DNA of 33,284 nt from Nemertoderma westbladi (taxonomy: Eukaryota > Animalia > Xenacoelomorpha): contig JAUCBJ010003284.1 in assembly GCA_032718475.1 (NCBI GenBank), forward strand, positions 1 through 33,284, in the 5' to 3' direction. The notes below the pieces were generated by a model that saw only the letters and a list, made by a program, of their open reading frames with translations, was not told the DNA's origin and searched no databases. Shown piece by piece: positions 11,375 through 23,150 of this stretch; positions within the stretch are counted from its first letter, which is position 1, and every line of letters starts with the position of its first letter. The position numbers were made by a program, and so were the translations under genes.

Positions 11375-11642
11375 CTATAAAATATAAAAATTAATATATA
11401 ATATTGTAGAACATTTTATGATAATAATACCAGTCGGATGAATTACTTTGAGAAAAGCGGGGAAATGAAATTAAAGAAGCATTCAAAATTATTAAGTTTA
11501 TTTCTAAGTTTAAGTTTAGCATTTAGTTCAGAACCAAGAGATGTATATAATGTTAATACAATGAAACAAAGAAAGACGCGCAATTAGAATCGCACATCGA
11601 TACAAAATCTCGATATAAAATCTCAATGATATAGAAACTCAC

Positions 11643-11784
11643 TCGTTTTTGTGATTGTCTTAACTCCCCCATTATCTTCATTTTATCATTTATCCAATTG
11701 ATATCCTGACCCTTCTTGCGAATTGCATCCTCCAAGTCTTCGATTTTCTGCTGACAATCCCGTAAGTTATCTTCTAGTTCTCGT
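11643..11784 (-). CDS. JAKMIP: JAKMIP-like exon (RELEDNLRDCQQKIEDLEDAIRKKGQDINWINDKMKIMGELRQSQKR)
   Basis: TTTCAG acceptor, GTGAGT donor, 142 nt, phase 2/0. Matches the recalled JAKMIP motif CQAKIEDLEK.L.EKGQD.KW[VI]EEK. Confidence 0.92.
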
Positions 11785-11931
11785 CTGAAACATGAAATTT
11801 ATTCCTATAAGATCTTAGTCAGCCACTACAATTCGACAACATTTACTTACAGTACTTTACACGCAGTTTATATTTTACCGTTCTAAATATCGTTCCAGAA
11901 CTATAAAGGGTCCGCATCTAATTCCACTAAC

Positions 11932-12062
11932 CGTATTTGCTCGTCTCGATCCAGATCTACTCCGCTCCCTAATTTACTCTGCAGTCTCGAGTACTGCCTC
12001 TTCAACTCCATATGCTCCCGGTTCAAAGTCTTGTACTTCATTTCCAAAGAGTCCCTTTTGAA
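11932..12062 (-). CDS. JAKMIP: JAKMIP-like exon (FKRDSLEMKYKTLNREHMELKRQYSRLQSKLGSGVDLDRDEQI)
   Basis: TTTCAG acceptor, GTTAGT donor, 131 nt, phase 0/2. Parallels JAKMIP LRF.QLT.EYQALQRAYALLQEQ.GG.LDAERE. Confidence 0.88.
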
Positions 12063-12177
12063 CTGAAAGTTTAATAATATTAAAAAAATAACAAATAAAA
12101 TGATAAATAAATAAGAATATTAAATATTTGAAATAACAGTGTAGAAGGGGGGGGGGGGGGGGGGGGGGGTTACCTAC

Positions 12178-12333
12178 CAGATCATCCCAATCCTCCTCTT
12201 CCTCATCGTGCAGTGATGCCGATGCGTTCGTGGAATCCATTGACCCGATACTGTATTCCGTGTCGCTGGTTGTCACGTCTACAGAAATCTTCGGTATGGA
12301 ACCAGTGGTTTTAGTTCGGGTTTTCCCTTTGTC
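12178..12333 (-). CDS. JAKMIP: JAKMIP-like exon, S/T-rich then acidic (DKGKTRTKTTGSIPKISVDVTTSDTEYS...EEEEDWDDL)
   Basis: GTAGGT donor at 12172-12177, open frame, phase 0/0. The acceptor is a weak AAG, so the 5' boundary is less certain. Confidence 0.78.
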
Positions 12334-12639
12334 CTTCAAATTAAATTTACAATGTTTTACTACTAAATAATGCTAAGTAATGAATTCACTTACAGTTGAT
12401 TACAGTTAACTTACAGTACAGAAATAAAAACCATTGAGTAATTGAATGTTTATCGCTAAGTTTGGCACCACTAACAGACTAATCCAGTAGCCACCACGTT
12501 AAGGGAAGGTCTACATGGGAATTCGTTCCCCATCGCCTTCCAGTTTTCGCTAATTTGTTAAATTTAAGGAACAAAATATCCCCATTCAACTTCGATGGGT
12601 AACTATGGTAACTGGGTAACTACTTCGGCTTAAAGATTA

Positions 12640-12790
12640 TAGAAAACGGTGAGATAGTGAGAGTATTCGGACTTGGGAGTTAGTGTGGCTCCTCTCCGTC
12701 TCATATAGGTAAAAGCCAAGAGAGAGGAGCCTTCGGTTTGCCTCCCGAGTTTTGTGTTTCACGTTTACCCATAACTTTACTTTACTTTTA
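12640..12790 (+). mobile_element. Probable 3' end of a SINE/LINE
   Basis: GC-richer segment ending in AACTTTACTTTACTTT, the same tail type as the SINE at 18425-18695. Confidence 0.4.
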
Positions 12791-12939
12791 TAGACCGGCC
12801 GCACCCTAGGATGCATCCCCCCAACGGAACTCATCCGCACCACGCATTCAGCCGTTTATCTAAAAAATTAAACATTTTAATTAAACGTATACCCCCTTTG
12901 CTCAAATTTCCAAATTGTTGTTTCTTTATTTCGTCTAGA

Positions 12940-13210
12940 GCAAAATTTATTGGGGATTACAAATCTGATAACCGCTCAGTGAGACCTCATTTAGTTCTCG
13001 AGTTATAACTTTTTTTCCGTATGACAGTCGGTCCGTCAAATTTTAAGAGCGACATAAGACCGACCGACAGATAGACAGACAAAATTGCAACAAACATTAA
13101 AATTGACAATGAAAATGAATTTGATTAAAATCGGAAATGGAATCAGCGACCCCAAAAACCCCCGTAATAAAAACTTTAGCTCGTTGGTGTGACGTGCATC
13201 CTTCCTGCCA
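12940..13210. mobile_element. Possible Helentron/HINE-like non-autonomous element remnant
   Basis: (GACA/GACC)n-like microsatellite at ~13066-13080 and GGAATCAGCGACCCCAAAAACCCC, recalled from such elements. Termini not defined. Confidence 0.3.
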
Positions 13211-13752
13211 GTAATAATTAACCAACCAAAACACAGCCAGCCAATTTTGGCGGGACGGTTAAACTTTGAAGGGCATTTTCTCGGAATGACATTTTTCATT
13301 TTCAAATACCGGTATATTCAAATACTCATTTTTCAACTAATTTTCTTCGTTTTTGGCTCATTCGACTTTTCGAACGAGCTTTGGAAGCTCTTTAAAAGTT
13401 ATCTTATGGAATTTTGATAAATATTACCATTTCGTGTAATTATCCAATTTTATTTAAAAATATGAAAATTAATTAATTCAATTAATTAATAAAAACCCCC
13501 TTTAAGAATATCAATGGCATATCTATACATTTTTTATCTCAACAGGCTTATCGATACGTGGAAACGTAGCCATCGCCTGGCTGTGGTGACGTCACCCAAT
13601 TGATACCCCCTGGAAAAATATCCAACACTTCCATACATACAACGTATTGTACAATCATATTTGTAACAGCTGAAAGAGTTACAGAACGAATTAGACCAGA
13701 AGATAAGATAATGTATGACATGGACAAATAGTTCTAGTCAAATGGTTCGGCA

Positions 13753-13864
13753 AACACTACTGGCTAGGCTAACACTACTGGCTAGGCTAACACTACTGGC
13801 TAGGCTAACACTACTGGCTCGGCTAACACTACTGGCTCGGCTAACACTACTGGCTCGGCTAACA
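13753..13864. repeat. 18-bp minisatellite AACACTACTGGCT(A/C)GGCT x6
   Basis: Direct tandem copies. Confidence 0.92.
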
Positions 13865-13899
13865 TGTGAATGAGAGGTAAAGTTGAATTTATGACATTA

Positions 13900-14147
13900 G
13901 CCGAACTCCGTACATGTAATTCTACCCGTCGGACGTCTTTGGACTTATGTTTCGGTAGAAGTGCCGAACTCCGTACATGTAATTCTACCCGTCGGACGTC
14001 TTTGGACTTACGTTTCGGTAGAAGTGCCGAACTCCGTACATGTAATTCTACCCGTCGGACGTCTTTGAACTTACGTTTCGGTAGAAGTGCCGAACTCCGT
14101 ACATGTAATTCTACCCGTCGGACGTCTTTGAACTTACGTTTCGGTAG
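13900..14147. repeat. 63-bp minisatellite x~4
   Basis: GCCGAACTCCGTACATGTAATTCTACCCGTCGGACGTCTTTG(G/A)ACTTACGTTTCGGTAGAAGT repeated. Confidence 0.94.
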
Positions 14148-14783
14148 ATGTGTAAAGGTAATAAAAATAAAAGTAAATCAAATATTTGCGTATTAAATTT
14201 GTTTGCAATCGCGTTGACTACCATTTCTCAATTTCTCAACCTTTTATTTTCAAAAGTCTTTATGAGCCAAATATCCAATCAATCTGGGAGCTCCGCCTAT
14301 GCGATATATGTTTTCTACATTTCAGAATATTAATTTGCATTTAACCGATATAAAACATCAATGATGACCATTTAAGTCTGACGCAAAATGATAAAAATAA
14401 TCAAAAGAAACTAAATATCTATCGGTGCGGTCGTCGAAACCTTAAAATCTCCCAAAATCGTCGTCATTACCATAGCAATGGGATTGTAAACAATTTCAAA
14501 CATCAAATATTTACATAGCCTAGAATGCCTTTCACCCGGTTACCTTGGCAATTACTACTAGGGCTGCTACTAGGTCGAGCAAGCAAGGTCAATATAAAAT
14601 TATAACAGATAAATTATATTTATTGTATTTTATTATAATGTCCTTTTATATAATTCTAGTTACCGTATCTTAGTCACTCAAATGAAAGAAGTTAAATATT
14701 ATTATTATATTAGTGCCAGAAATGCAGAATTAACGGAACTCATTAGGAACATAATAATGAATATACGCGATTGGTAAACTCAC

Positions 14784-14885
14784 AACGAGATTGAGCTCTT
14801 CAGTTAATTTGGTAATTTTATCCTCCAGTAACTTTTTATCAGATCGCAATGTTGCCGGTAAGGATTGCGACTTTTTAAGTTCAAC
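14784..14885 (-). CDS. Coiled-coil exon (VELKKSQSLPATLRSDKKLLEDKITKLTEELNLV)
   Basis: Pyrimidine-rich TTTTCTAG acceptor, GTGAGT donor, 102 nt, phase 0/0. Confidence 0.85.
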
Positions 14886-15131
14886 CTAGAAAAGAAAAGA
14901 AGATATATATGTAGCAAATATAGGGCCTATAATAAACTCACCAATTCATTCAATCTAAATATTTCTTATATTTGTACCGTCGAATAAGGATGGACTATGT
15001 ACCGAGCAATTCTTGTATCACAGTAGATTTAAAACTGAGGCCAATGATATATATATCTTCCAAACTATACTAACACGACACACAACATAAATGTACCAGC
15101 TAATAGCGGCTGTGCCAACACTATATCTTAC

Positions 15132-15633
15132 CTGTAATTGCTGTACGGTTTTCTCCAGATCAGTTCTCTCTTGTAAAAGTTTCTTATAAGCTCGGTCGGG
15201 TGATTTACCCCCGTCGCCAATATTAAACCGAGATTTCTCCGCCTCCAACTCTCTTCGAACTTTCTCTAGCTCCTTCAACAAGGCCGATTTCTCATGCACG
15301 CCTTTCAGACTACCTCGATTCTTCCTACCAAGGCTATCCAAATCAAACTTGGATCTCTCAGATTCGAGTTCCTCTGTGACTCGCTTCAATTCTTTCTCTA
15401 AATCTTTGTTCTCTTGGATTAGCTTACGAACAGCTCTACCACGGGATTTTCCTTTAGCGTCTAATTCGAATTTCTCTTCCCCGGTGTCGTCATTATTTTC
15501 ATCATTATCTTTGTAGACAAGAATTTCCTGCTCTAAGTCTTCAACTTTATTCTGGAGGGTTTTATTTTCTTCGAGAATCTGGTTAACTGTTGAACTGGGG
15601 ATATTTGACAAGTCCAAAGTTTGGGAAGCAGAC
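15132..15633 (-). CDS. Large coiled-coil exon (SASQTLDLSNIP...LEKTVQQLQ) with internal ~40-aa repeats
   Basis: CGTAG acceptor, CAG/GTAAG donor, 502 nt, phase 2/0, E/K/L-rich heptads. Core of ORF 15018-15617. Confidence 0.88.
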
Positions 15634-16433
15634 CTACGATATACATTAAATCATAACAAATATATCGGTGAAATAAGTATATATTTATTGATTATAGAAC
15701 AATATTTTGGTATATTACTCAATGTAATATATAACGTACTGTTATTATTTTTTATTTTTATTTAAAACAATTGCGCGTAAATTCCAAAATTGCAACGCTA
15801 CAAGAATTTATTAATAAACAAGATTCATATTTGTTTTGAAAGGACTTAAGGCTTTCTTCCCACTTGGGTTAAATCTACGATATAAACATTGTAAAGTTAT
15901 ATACAGAACAGATACTTTAGGTCAAACTTTATTTAATTTTACTTTGCAGTTATGTATCATTAGGAAGACAACAGGTTTAAACAGATTTAGCTGTTGTTCA
16001 TAATTTAACTATACCGGCCTACCTACTATAATATCTGAAACAATTATATAGAAGAACATTGACTTATAAACATTGCAGAATTAGAATTATTTTATTGATT
16101 TTTAATATTGTTATTGATCCATTTATTGATCATGGCTATTGTATAAAATTATATGGCTCAATGAAATGATTTTCTGTACTTAATTATAAAGTAACAGTAA
16201 AATGTAGAAACAGTAAAATTTACTGTTTTGATTGAAAAGCAGTTTGGGGACAGAACTTTTCAAATTATAAAATTCAACATTAAACATAAAGTCCTTATGT
16301 ACAAAGATTATTATTTAATTTAGGTCACACCGGTACTTATTTATTTATCTGAAAGAATTTATATAAGAATTCATTAGATAAATATAGAATTTGGATGATG
16401 AAATAAATTCATTTTTTACCCCGCCAGACTAAC

Positions 16434-16595
16434 CACTCAGTGTTTGAAACTCCCTGGGGGGTTGGAGACAGTTTGGATGATTTTGTGTCTTTCTCTATTT
16501 TGTTTATCAATTCCTTTAGTTGGGTCTTTGGATCCTTAGCAACAGGAGAGGGATCCTTGACAACCAGACGGGGTATGGAACCAATTCTTCCCTGT
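16434..16595 (-). CDS. Exon (QGRIGSIPRLVVKDPSPVAKDPKTQLKELINKIEKDTKSSKLSPTPQGVSNTE)
   Basis: TACAG acceptor, GTTAGT donor, 162 nt open, phase 2/2 fitting both neighbours. Confidence 0.8.
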
Positions 16596-17810
16596 CTGTA
16601 ATTTTATAAATCTTGATATAAAAATCTTAAAGCTACAAATAAGAACCATAAAAGCTGCCTTAAGTTGGGAAAACTAAAACCTCTTGGTCAATATTTTTGG
16701 TCTAAGTAAAACTTCAGCATAATTGGTCCTCCCAATGAAAACCGTAATAAAATGAATATTGAGTGATATTAGTTCATTAACTCAAAAACGGGATGTATTT
16801 TATAAAAATATACAAATAAAGAAATGAAAAATAGGAATGTGATATAAGTTGTATCATAATAGATCGGTATATTTATGGAATTTCGTTGAAACTATATTAT
16901 ATGGCTGTAATTTATAATTTATATTCAAAATTTGATTATTTTATTCAAAGAATATGAACAAAAAAAAACCAATGACCAAATCCAACCATATCGTTGAACA
17001 AATCAAACTAATCAAAACTCAGAAACTACAGACTCTAGTCCAGCAATACAATTCACCATATTTGGTCCTGAGTAACTAAGGACACTGATAATATCAATTC
17101 TCTCGCCAAATAATAACACTAGCTATTTGACTGGAAACTTGGCCGCGATAGAAACTTCAGTTCACATCACAAAACAGGTTGAACTTATTATTAGACAATA
17201 AGGGACTAATAGATACTAAGAGATACTAAGAGGTTATCCAAGTTATTACCTTTAGCAAATTAATTCGCCCACCGCGCGAATTCTCGCATCGGTCAGACCC
17301 CCTCCTGGATACCGCAAACAAACATATCGTTTTAAACTGTAAATTTTGAATAATTATGTTGGCATTGATTAGTCGGTATGGTTGATCAAAGGATTGTATT
17401 CTCATACTATTTAGCGGCGCATTATAATAACTAATAATAATTACCGAATTATTTCATTACCAACTCACATGCTTGTGTTAGCAAACATTATACAAGAGGA
17501 ATTCATGAAGAGAAACGATGCATTAACTGTAAGCCGAAACAATTAAATGTAATCGCTGAAATTAATATCGACGTAGAATTATAAAGTGTTTATAAAAAGA
17601 AACTCAGAGGGAAATAATATCGGCGATTAAATCGGGAATGGCTCATTAAAGATTACTAAATTTAATTAAATATTTCTAGATTTATCCTCGGGCTATTCAA
17701 AACATCCACAGTTAGTTGCACTGACCACCGAAGTATGATAACACAACTGAAATAAATATGTATTATTATATGCCCAGTTGCCCACATCCGTTCTGCATTT
17801 AGTTTAAAAC

Positions 17811-18042
17811 TCTGCACTAAGTTGCCCATGTCTACACTAAGTTGCCCAAGTCTGCACTAAGTTGCCCATGTCTGCACTAAGTTGCCCATGTCTGCACTAA
17901 GTTGCCCATGTCTGCAGTAAGTTACCCATGTCTGCATTAAGTTACCCATGTCTGCATTAAGTTGCCCATGTCTGCACTAAGTTGCCCATGTCTGCACTAA
18001 GTTGCCCATGTCTGCACTAAGTTGCCCATGTCTGCACTAAGT
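17811..18042. repeat. 20-bp minisatellite TCTGCACTAAGTTGCCCATG x~11.5
   Basis: Direct tandem copies. Confidence 0.95.
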
Positions 18043-18424
18043 ACATTTCGAACTCGTCAACGCTTTATCGTCTGCAAGACACCTCAATGTAAATGACAAT
18101 GTAGGTAGGTGTGAATGTCAGTCTGATGATGACAAAGGCCACTGTGTTAGATTTGCCCAGATTTCGACGGCTAAAACAGAAACCATCGCCTTTATACCCC
18201 GGAAGAGAAAAAAATGAGCGCCAAAGAGAGAAAGTCAAGACCCTAATGCTAAAAACACTGCCAACATTAAGGTGAGGGGGGGGGGGGGGGAATCAGAACC
18301 TTAATGTTCTGATTTCCATGAAACCCTTGAAAATGCAGTTCTAGAGTAATAAATAATCAATGATCAGGTAGAAGAATCGATTTCGGCGACAGCTGATGAA
18401 AGCCAAAAAAGTAAAGCAAAAATG

Positions 18425-18695
18425 GTAAAGTAAAAAACGTAAAGTAAAAAAAGTAAAGTTTAATTCGGCCGTTAGGCCAGGGATTACTAAACAAAGTGTG
18501 ACGATTATTTCCAGTGCGGTCCCCCCAGAACTATACTCCACAGAGGAAACTCCAGTACTCATTTAGCTACCACTTAAGGATGCAAAGCAGAGATGCGCCC
18601 TGGCTAGAGCCTTCAAATATTCGTGCCGAAACGAAAACTGCCCTGGCCGTCAGGCTGGGATCGAACCCACGAATTCCGAGAGATGTGAATTCAAT
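18425..18695 (-). mobile_element. tRNA-derived SINE, 5'-truncated, with Nin/Deu-domain-like core
   Basis: The minus strand has a B-box GGGTTCGATCCC (~18657-18668), a core GCATCCTTAAGTGGTAGCTAAATGAGTAC resembling the recalled Nin/Deu domain, and a (CTTTA/TTTAC)-type tail. No A-box seen. Confidence 0.65.
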
Positions 18696-18704
18696 ATACA
18701 GGGG

Positions 18705-18935
18705 AAACTGGACGTAAATCCCATCTTGGCGAATTAATATCCCGCCTCAATGTTCCATTCTCAATTTAGAGAAAGGACCAGGTTACAGTGGCGCGCTATT
18801 TTAACCAAAACAATGAATTAAACACAATATAACAAGATACAGTTTTATTTTTGAGAGTAATCAGCTATTATTTGCGTTGAATTTCCCCTGGAGAGGGATT
18901 AGTTTTTATTGCGTTCAATTCCCCCCCCCCCCTCC
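18705..18935 (+). repeat. Dispersed repeat linking copies at 20301-20366 and 6636-6785
   Basis: ACTGGACG.A.ATCCCATCTTGGCGAATTAATATCC is shared with 20301; the 3' half is shared with 6636. Confidence 0.8.
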
Positions 18936-19598
18936 CCCTGCCAGGATGGACAGATGTTGGTAGTACCTTAAAATTTGTTACACAACTTCGAGATGCTACA
19001 CTACATTCCGATACTCTCTCCTTCACAGGTTATCAAGAAGACTGACGATTGTTGAGAGTATATCATTAATTCTCTGAGTGGATTTGTTGGTGATGTTGTT
19101 GATTTCTGCTATCTGAGAAGAAGAAAACCACTGCATCCGCAAATATGTCCGTTTATAGTTGTCATTGAGTTTGTTTCTGGTCACGTTAAAAGCCAGGTGT
19201 GGTGGGAAAACCCAGATTTCACAACTTTTCCTAAAATTTAATGGGCTATCCAACAGCCAAACGCCAAAAACATAGCTATGTTAGTATTCGTGTTGTCCCA
19301 TTCTGGCACTCATCTCCAGTAATTTTCGCGCAAAAAAAGTTTTAATAGCTCGATAAAATTAACTTATTTGCGGTATATAGCGGTCTTTTTAGATGCTGAT
19401 AACGATTATAGAACGCAGATATAACATATTCGAGAAAATTTCTAGTAATTTTGAAATATGATAATCTGATAAGCAAATATGATAATGAAAAATCACCACC
19501 AAATCAAACTAATTTAATGACATTAGGGGCTTTCCGAATCACCTACATCGCCCTGGGTCTATAGCAATAGTGTTAACCTAAATTCCGTCCATCTTAAG

Positions 19599-22500
19599 GA
19601 TTTTATCTCTGGAAATGGATGGTTTTCGGCTGGAACCCAGTTCAAGAAGCGAACTGGAAAGCTATGGACTCATAGTGGACCCAGTGGTCACAAGTCCCAG
19701 ATAGACCATATTCTAATTCGTAGGAAATACAGGAGCTCTATACAAGACTGTAATGCATTTACACTTCGACCCTTCCTTTGGATGGACGCGTGCGAAGGTT
19801 GGACGCGGGCGAAGATTGCACCATACCTTTCATGTGTGTCATGTGTTTTATTTTTAAACCTCCTGCCAACTTCAACAACTCCTAAACTTGAAATTAGCAG
19901 TCTTTAATGGTATAATTATTGTCATTAAAAGCACCTAATTCAATCCCGATATGATTGGTAGGCTATTTGTCTGACCAATCAGTGACTGCTTGAAATTAGG
20001 ATGTTTTAACGCTTCCTATCTTCTGTTCCGCCATACCAAAAATTTCATATTCTACTGTACGTTCTACCATACTCGAACATTTATTTTAACACCAGATTGT
20101 GCTATTTATGGATGGCATTAATATTTGGAAGAACTAGTTATCACACCAGGACTTAGAGCCCCCTTTCGCAAAACCGTCACCAATACACTCTTACTTAGTC
20201 CGATCCTCTACAAAAGGCAACTATCATATCCCTCTTGTTAGACTTGAAATAGCCAAACATTCCATTAATTTTTTGAGACAGGGGGAGGGGGGGGGGGGGG
20301 ACTGGACGCATATCCCATCTTGGCGAATTAATATCCTAATGTTATAGGGAAAGGAGCAGGTTACAGGTTATTCCTTCGTTCTTCCTTCGTTCAGAACAAC
20401 GAAATCTGCCTTGCCGCGGCATGACTGGACCTCTCTGTTGCAACAGTCAAGTGTGAGATCCAGCTTCACACTACAGCTGAGCAACAGGTATGAGGCTCTT
20501 GCCTCTGAGGCGGCAGATCACTGTGAGGGCTATACTGCCCTCACAGAAGCAGTTAAGTTAGCAGCTGCAGAAACAGTTCCTGTATACCCTCGAAACAGGA
20601 AAAGGGCCCCCTGGAATGACAACAAAATTCAGAAGTGCCGAAATGACCTCTATAAGGCGCAGAAAGAGTCCCGACTCAAAGAGACTACAGCGGCCAAAAA
20701 TGCAGTTAAGGCTGCATCTAGGTCCCTGAACAGGCAGTACTCTGTTAATCTACAGGAGCTAATAAACCAACAGGTTGATGCCATCAATGATGCTGACGAC
20801 AGCAGGCAATCATCCCAGGCATGGAAATCGATCAACTTGCTTACTGGGCGGAAAAGCCAACCAACCAACAAGGTTAAGGCAGAATCACCAGTCGATCGCC
20901 TCAATGGATGGAAAGCCCACTTTGAAATGCTCCTCAATAATGACAGGTTATTGCCTGATAACTTTATAGAAGTAAAAGTTTATGAGTCTGTACTCCGAGA
21001 TATTCCCATTGACGATATTTCCTTTGCAGAAGTGAAGGCTGCTGCAAAGAGCATTAAGACCAATCGTGCCAGTGCAGTAGATGGTGTTCGCCCTAAGGTC
21101 TTTAAAATACCTGAGTGTTTAAAGCTCACCTATCCCATCATAGTAGACATGTACCGAACAACAAGAGTCCCACAAGAAATGAAACAAATAAGTTGGTGCC
21201 AGTTCCCAAGAAGGGCAACCTAACACTCTATGGTTCTTTTCGGGGAATCGATTGCTGCAAAGTTATACAATAGAATTCTATTAAATCGCATCAGGGATCC
21301 CATTGAGAGACTGCTCCGGGGAAATCAGAATGGGTTCCGTAAAGGTCGTGGGACCATGGAGCCCATTTTGGCACTTAGAAGGATAATTGAAGAGTTATCA
21401 AAAAAGAAAGACAGGGATCTGGCTGTTACCTTTGTTGACTTCTTCATGCCTTTGATTCAGTCTCTCGCTCACGAATGTTCAGCATACTTTCATTATATGG
21501 GGTTCCTGATGAAATTATTGCAGCAATCAGATCAGTATACGATGGTTCGACAACATTTGTGTCTACTGTTGACGGTGACACAGAACCATTTGAAGTGTTA
21601 TGGGGCGTCCTCCAAGGAGACACACTTGCACCATTCTTGTTCATAATTGTGGTTGACTATGTTCTACGCTTGTCCTTAGATCATCATAATGATGATGGGG
21701 TGATGATAACTCCACCTCCTGGCTCCAGAAGTCGATGAAATCCTGCCAAATACCTAACTGATCTAGACTTTGCTGATGACTTAGGAGTACTCTCACAATC
21801 ACTAGAGGGAGCCCAACGGCTCCTCAGCTCATTAGAACATGCTGCATCTAGTGTTGGTCTTTTTATTAACTCCAGAAAGACCAAAATTTTGACAGTTAAC
21901 TTTGAAAGTCCCCAGCAAGTCTCTGATCGGATGAGCATAAGCTCAAAAGATGGTATGCTTGAGCATGTGGACGACTTCTGTTACCTGGGATCATGGATTC
22001 GGAAGTCAGGTGAGGACCTTCGAATACGTAAGGGAAAGGCATGGGCAGCCTTGAATAGGCTTTCCAGGATTTGGAAGTCACCGAGAATTAATCGGAAACT
22101 TAAAGTCCGATTATTTAGAGCAACAGTAGTTCCAGTACTCCTCTATGGGAGTCTATGCTGGGCTCTAACTGCTGAGGACACCAAATCTCTGGATGGCACA
22201 TTCACAAGAATGCTACGGCGGGTTTATTGTGTCAAGTACAATGCACACATCTCCAACCAGACACTATATAACATTGGAGGTGTCTCATTGGTTCCCCAAA
22301 GCTTGACACTAGAACAAAATCACCTCCGCTTTGCAGGACCTTGCTTTCGCCGTGAGGACCAGCCAGTGCATAATCTTGTACTTTGGCAGCCTCATGGAGT
22401 GAATAAGCATGGTGGACAGCCTATGACTTTCTTGAGACGCATCTTAAAGGACACTGGCCTTGAAGATGCGGATGATCTAGCAAATGTCATGGGTGATAGG

Positions 22501-22610
22501 GAGTTGTGGCGGCGCAATTTTTGTCGACAAGCCGGCACAGCATTCTTAAAAATGCAGCTGCAATGCAGCATGCCGATCCTAGTCGTACAGTAGTAGTAGT
22601 AGTAGTAGTA
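19599..22610 (+). mobile_element. Decayed, 5'-truncated RTE-clade LINE (APE C-terminus plus reverse transcriptase), interrupted at ~19772-20366
   Basis: APE motif KLWTHSGPSGHKSQIDHILIRRK at ~19660-19730; RT motifs QNGFRKGRG, FVDF, GVLQGDTLAPFLF, LDFADDL, FCYLGS, LLYG. Frameshifts near 21195 and 21445, TGA at 21736-21738, (GTA)n tail at ~22590-22610. Confidence 0.92.
20010..20275 (+). mobile_element. Degenerate L2/CR1-group LINE fragment nested in the RTE
   Basis: HSYLVRSSTKGNYHIPLVRLEIAKHSINF (~20186-20272) aligns by eye with HNYPTRSASHGNFSIPLCHLTSSQRSVSF at ~28200. Confidence 0.65.
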
Positions 22611-23150
22611 ATTTTTCAGCCAAGATCTAAAAAAATTTCAAAAATGACAACCCACCCAGGGCCAATTAGTAAAAATAGACCTGTCCAGATAGGTTTAAGA
22701 CCCCAAGTACCCCCACCCCACCCCATCCCCATAATCAATTTCTCCTGCTTCTGGGCCAGGCCACTCTCACACCAAAACTCCCCAAGGTGTTGATGGATAT
22801 CATTAGTAAACTTGGCTTTAGAAATTTAAAAATTACGTATATTTCACAAAAAAATATAAAGGATAATGGTAAAAAAATGAATAATAGTCATTTCGTGTAT
22901 TTCACTAACTACATAAAAATTCCGGTTCCAGCCGGAATATTCCGGCATATTGAATTCCGGTTCGGCCGAAATGAAAATATCGATTCCGGGACATCTATAG
23001 TTTCTATCATCTTTCTATCATCTATCATCAATATTATTAATTATGATAAAGTCTAAAGCAGAGCTAAACAATTGACATGCTGATCTGACTGGCTACTTTT
23101 TACTAAGAATATTTGTATTTGGTTGGGCTTAGCCTCACTAACACTTAATA

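Noticed and set aside
11974-12339. 121-aa ORF as a single coding unit
   Set aside because: It runs through an intron (poly-Pro comes from the G run) and reads exon 11932-12062 in the wrong frame. The JAKMIP-like frame is FKRDSLEMKY...
13870-14196. 108-aa ORF with 21-aa repeats
   Set aside because: It is a by-product of the 63-bp tandem repeat, antisense within an intron.
12499-14545. Single TTAA-flanked DNA transposon filling this intron
   Set aside because: TTAAGGG at ~12499 looks like a terminus, but I found no matching inverted end.
18640-18695. tRNA gene
   Set aside because: Only a T-loop/B-box is present, with no cloverleaf or A-box. It is better explained as a SINE head.
19599-22610. 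Active or domesticated reverse transcriptase, or a bacterial retron/DGR-type system
   Set aside because: It is 5'-truncated, interrupted, frameshifted and stop-containing, and the motifs and tail are those of an ordinary RTE LINE.
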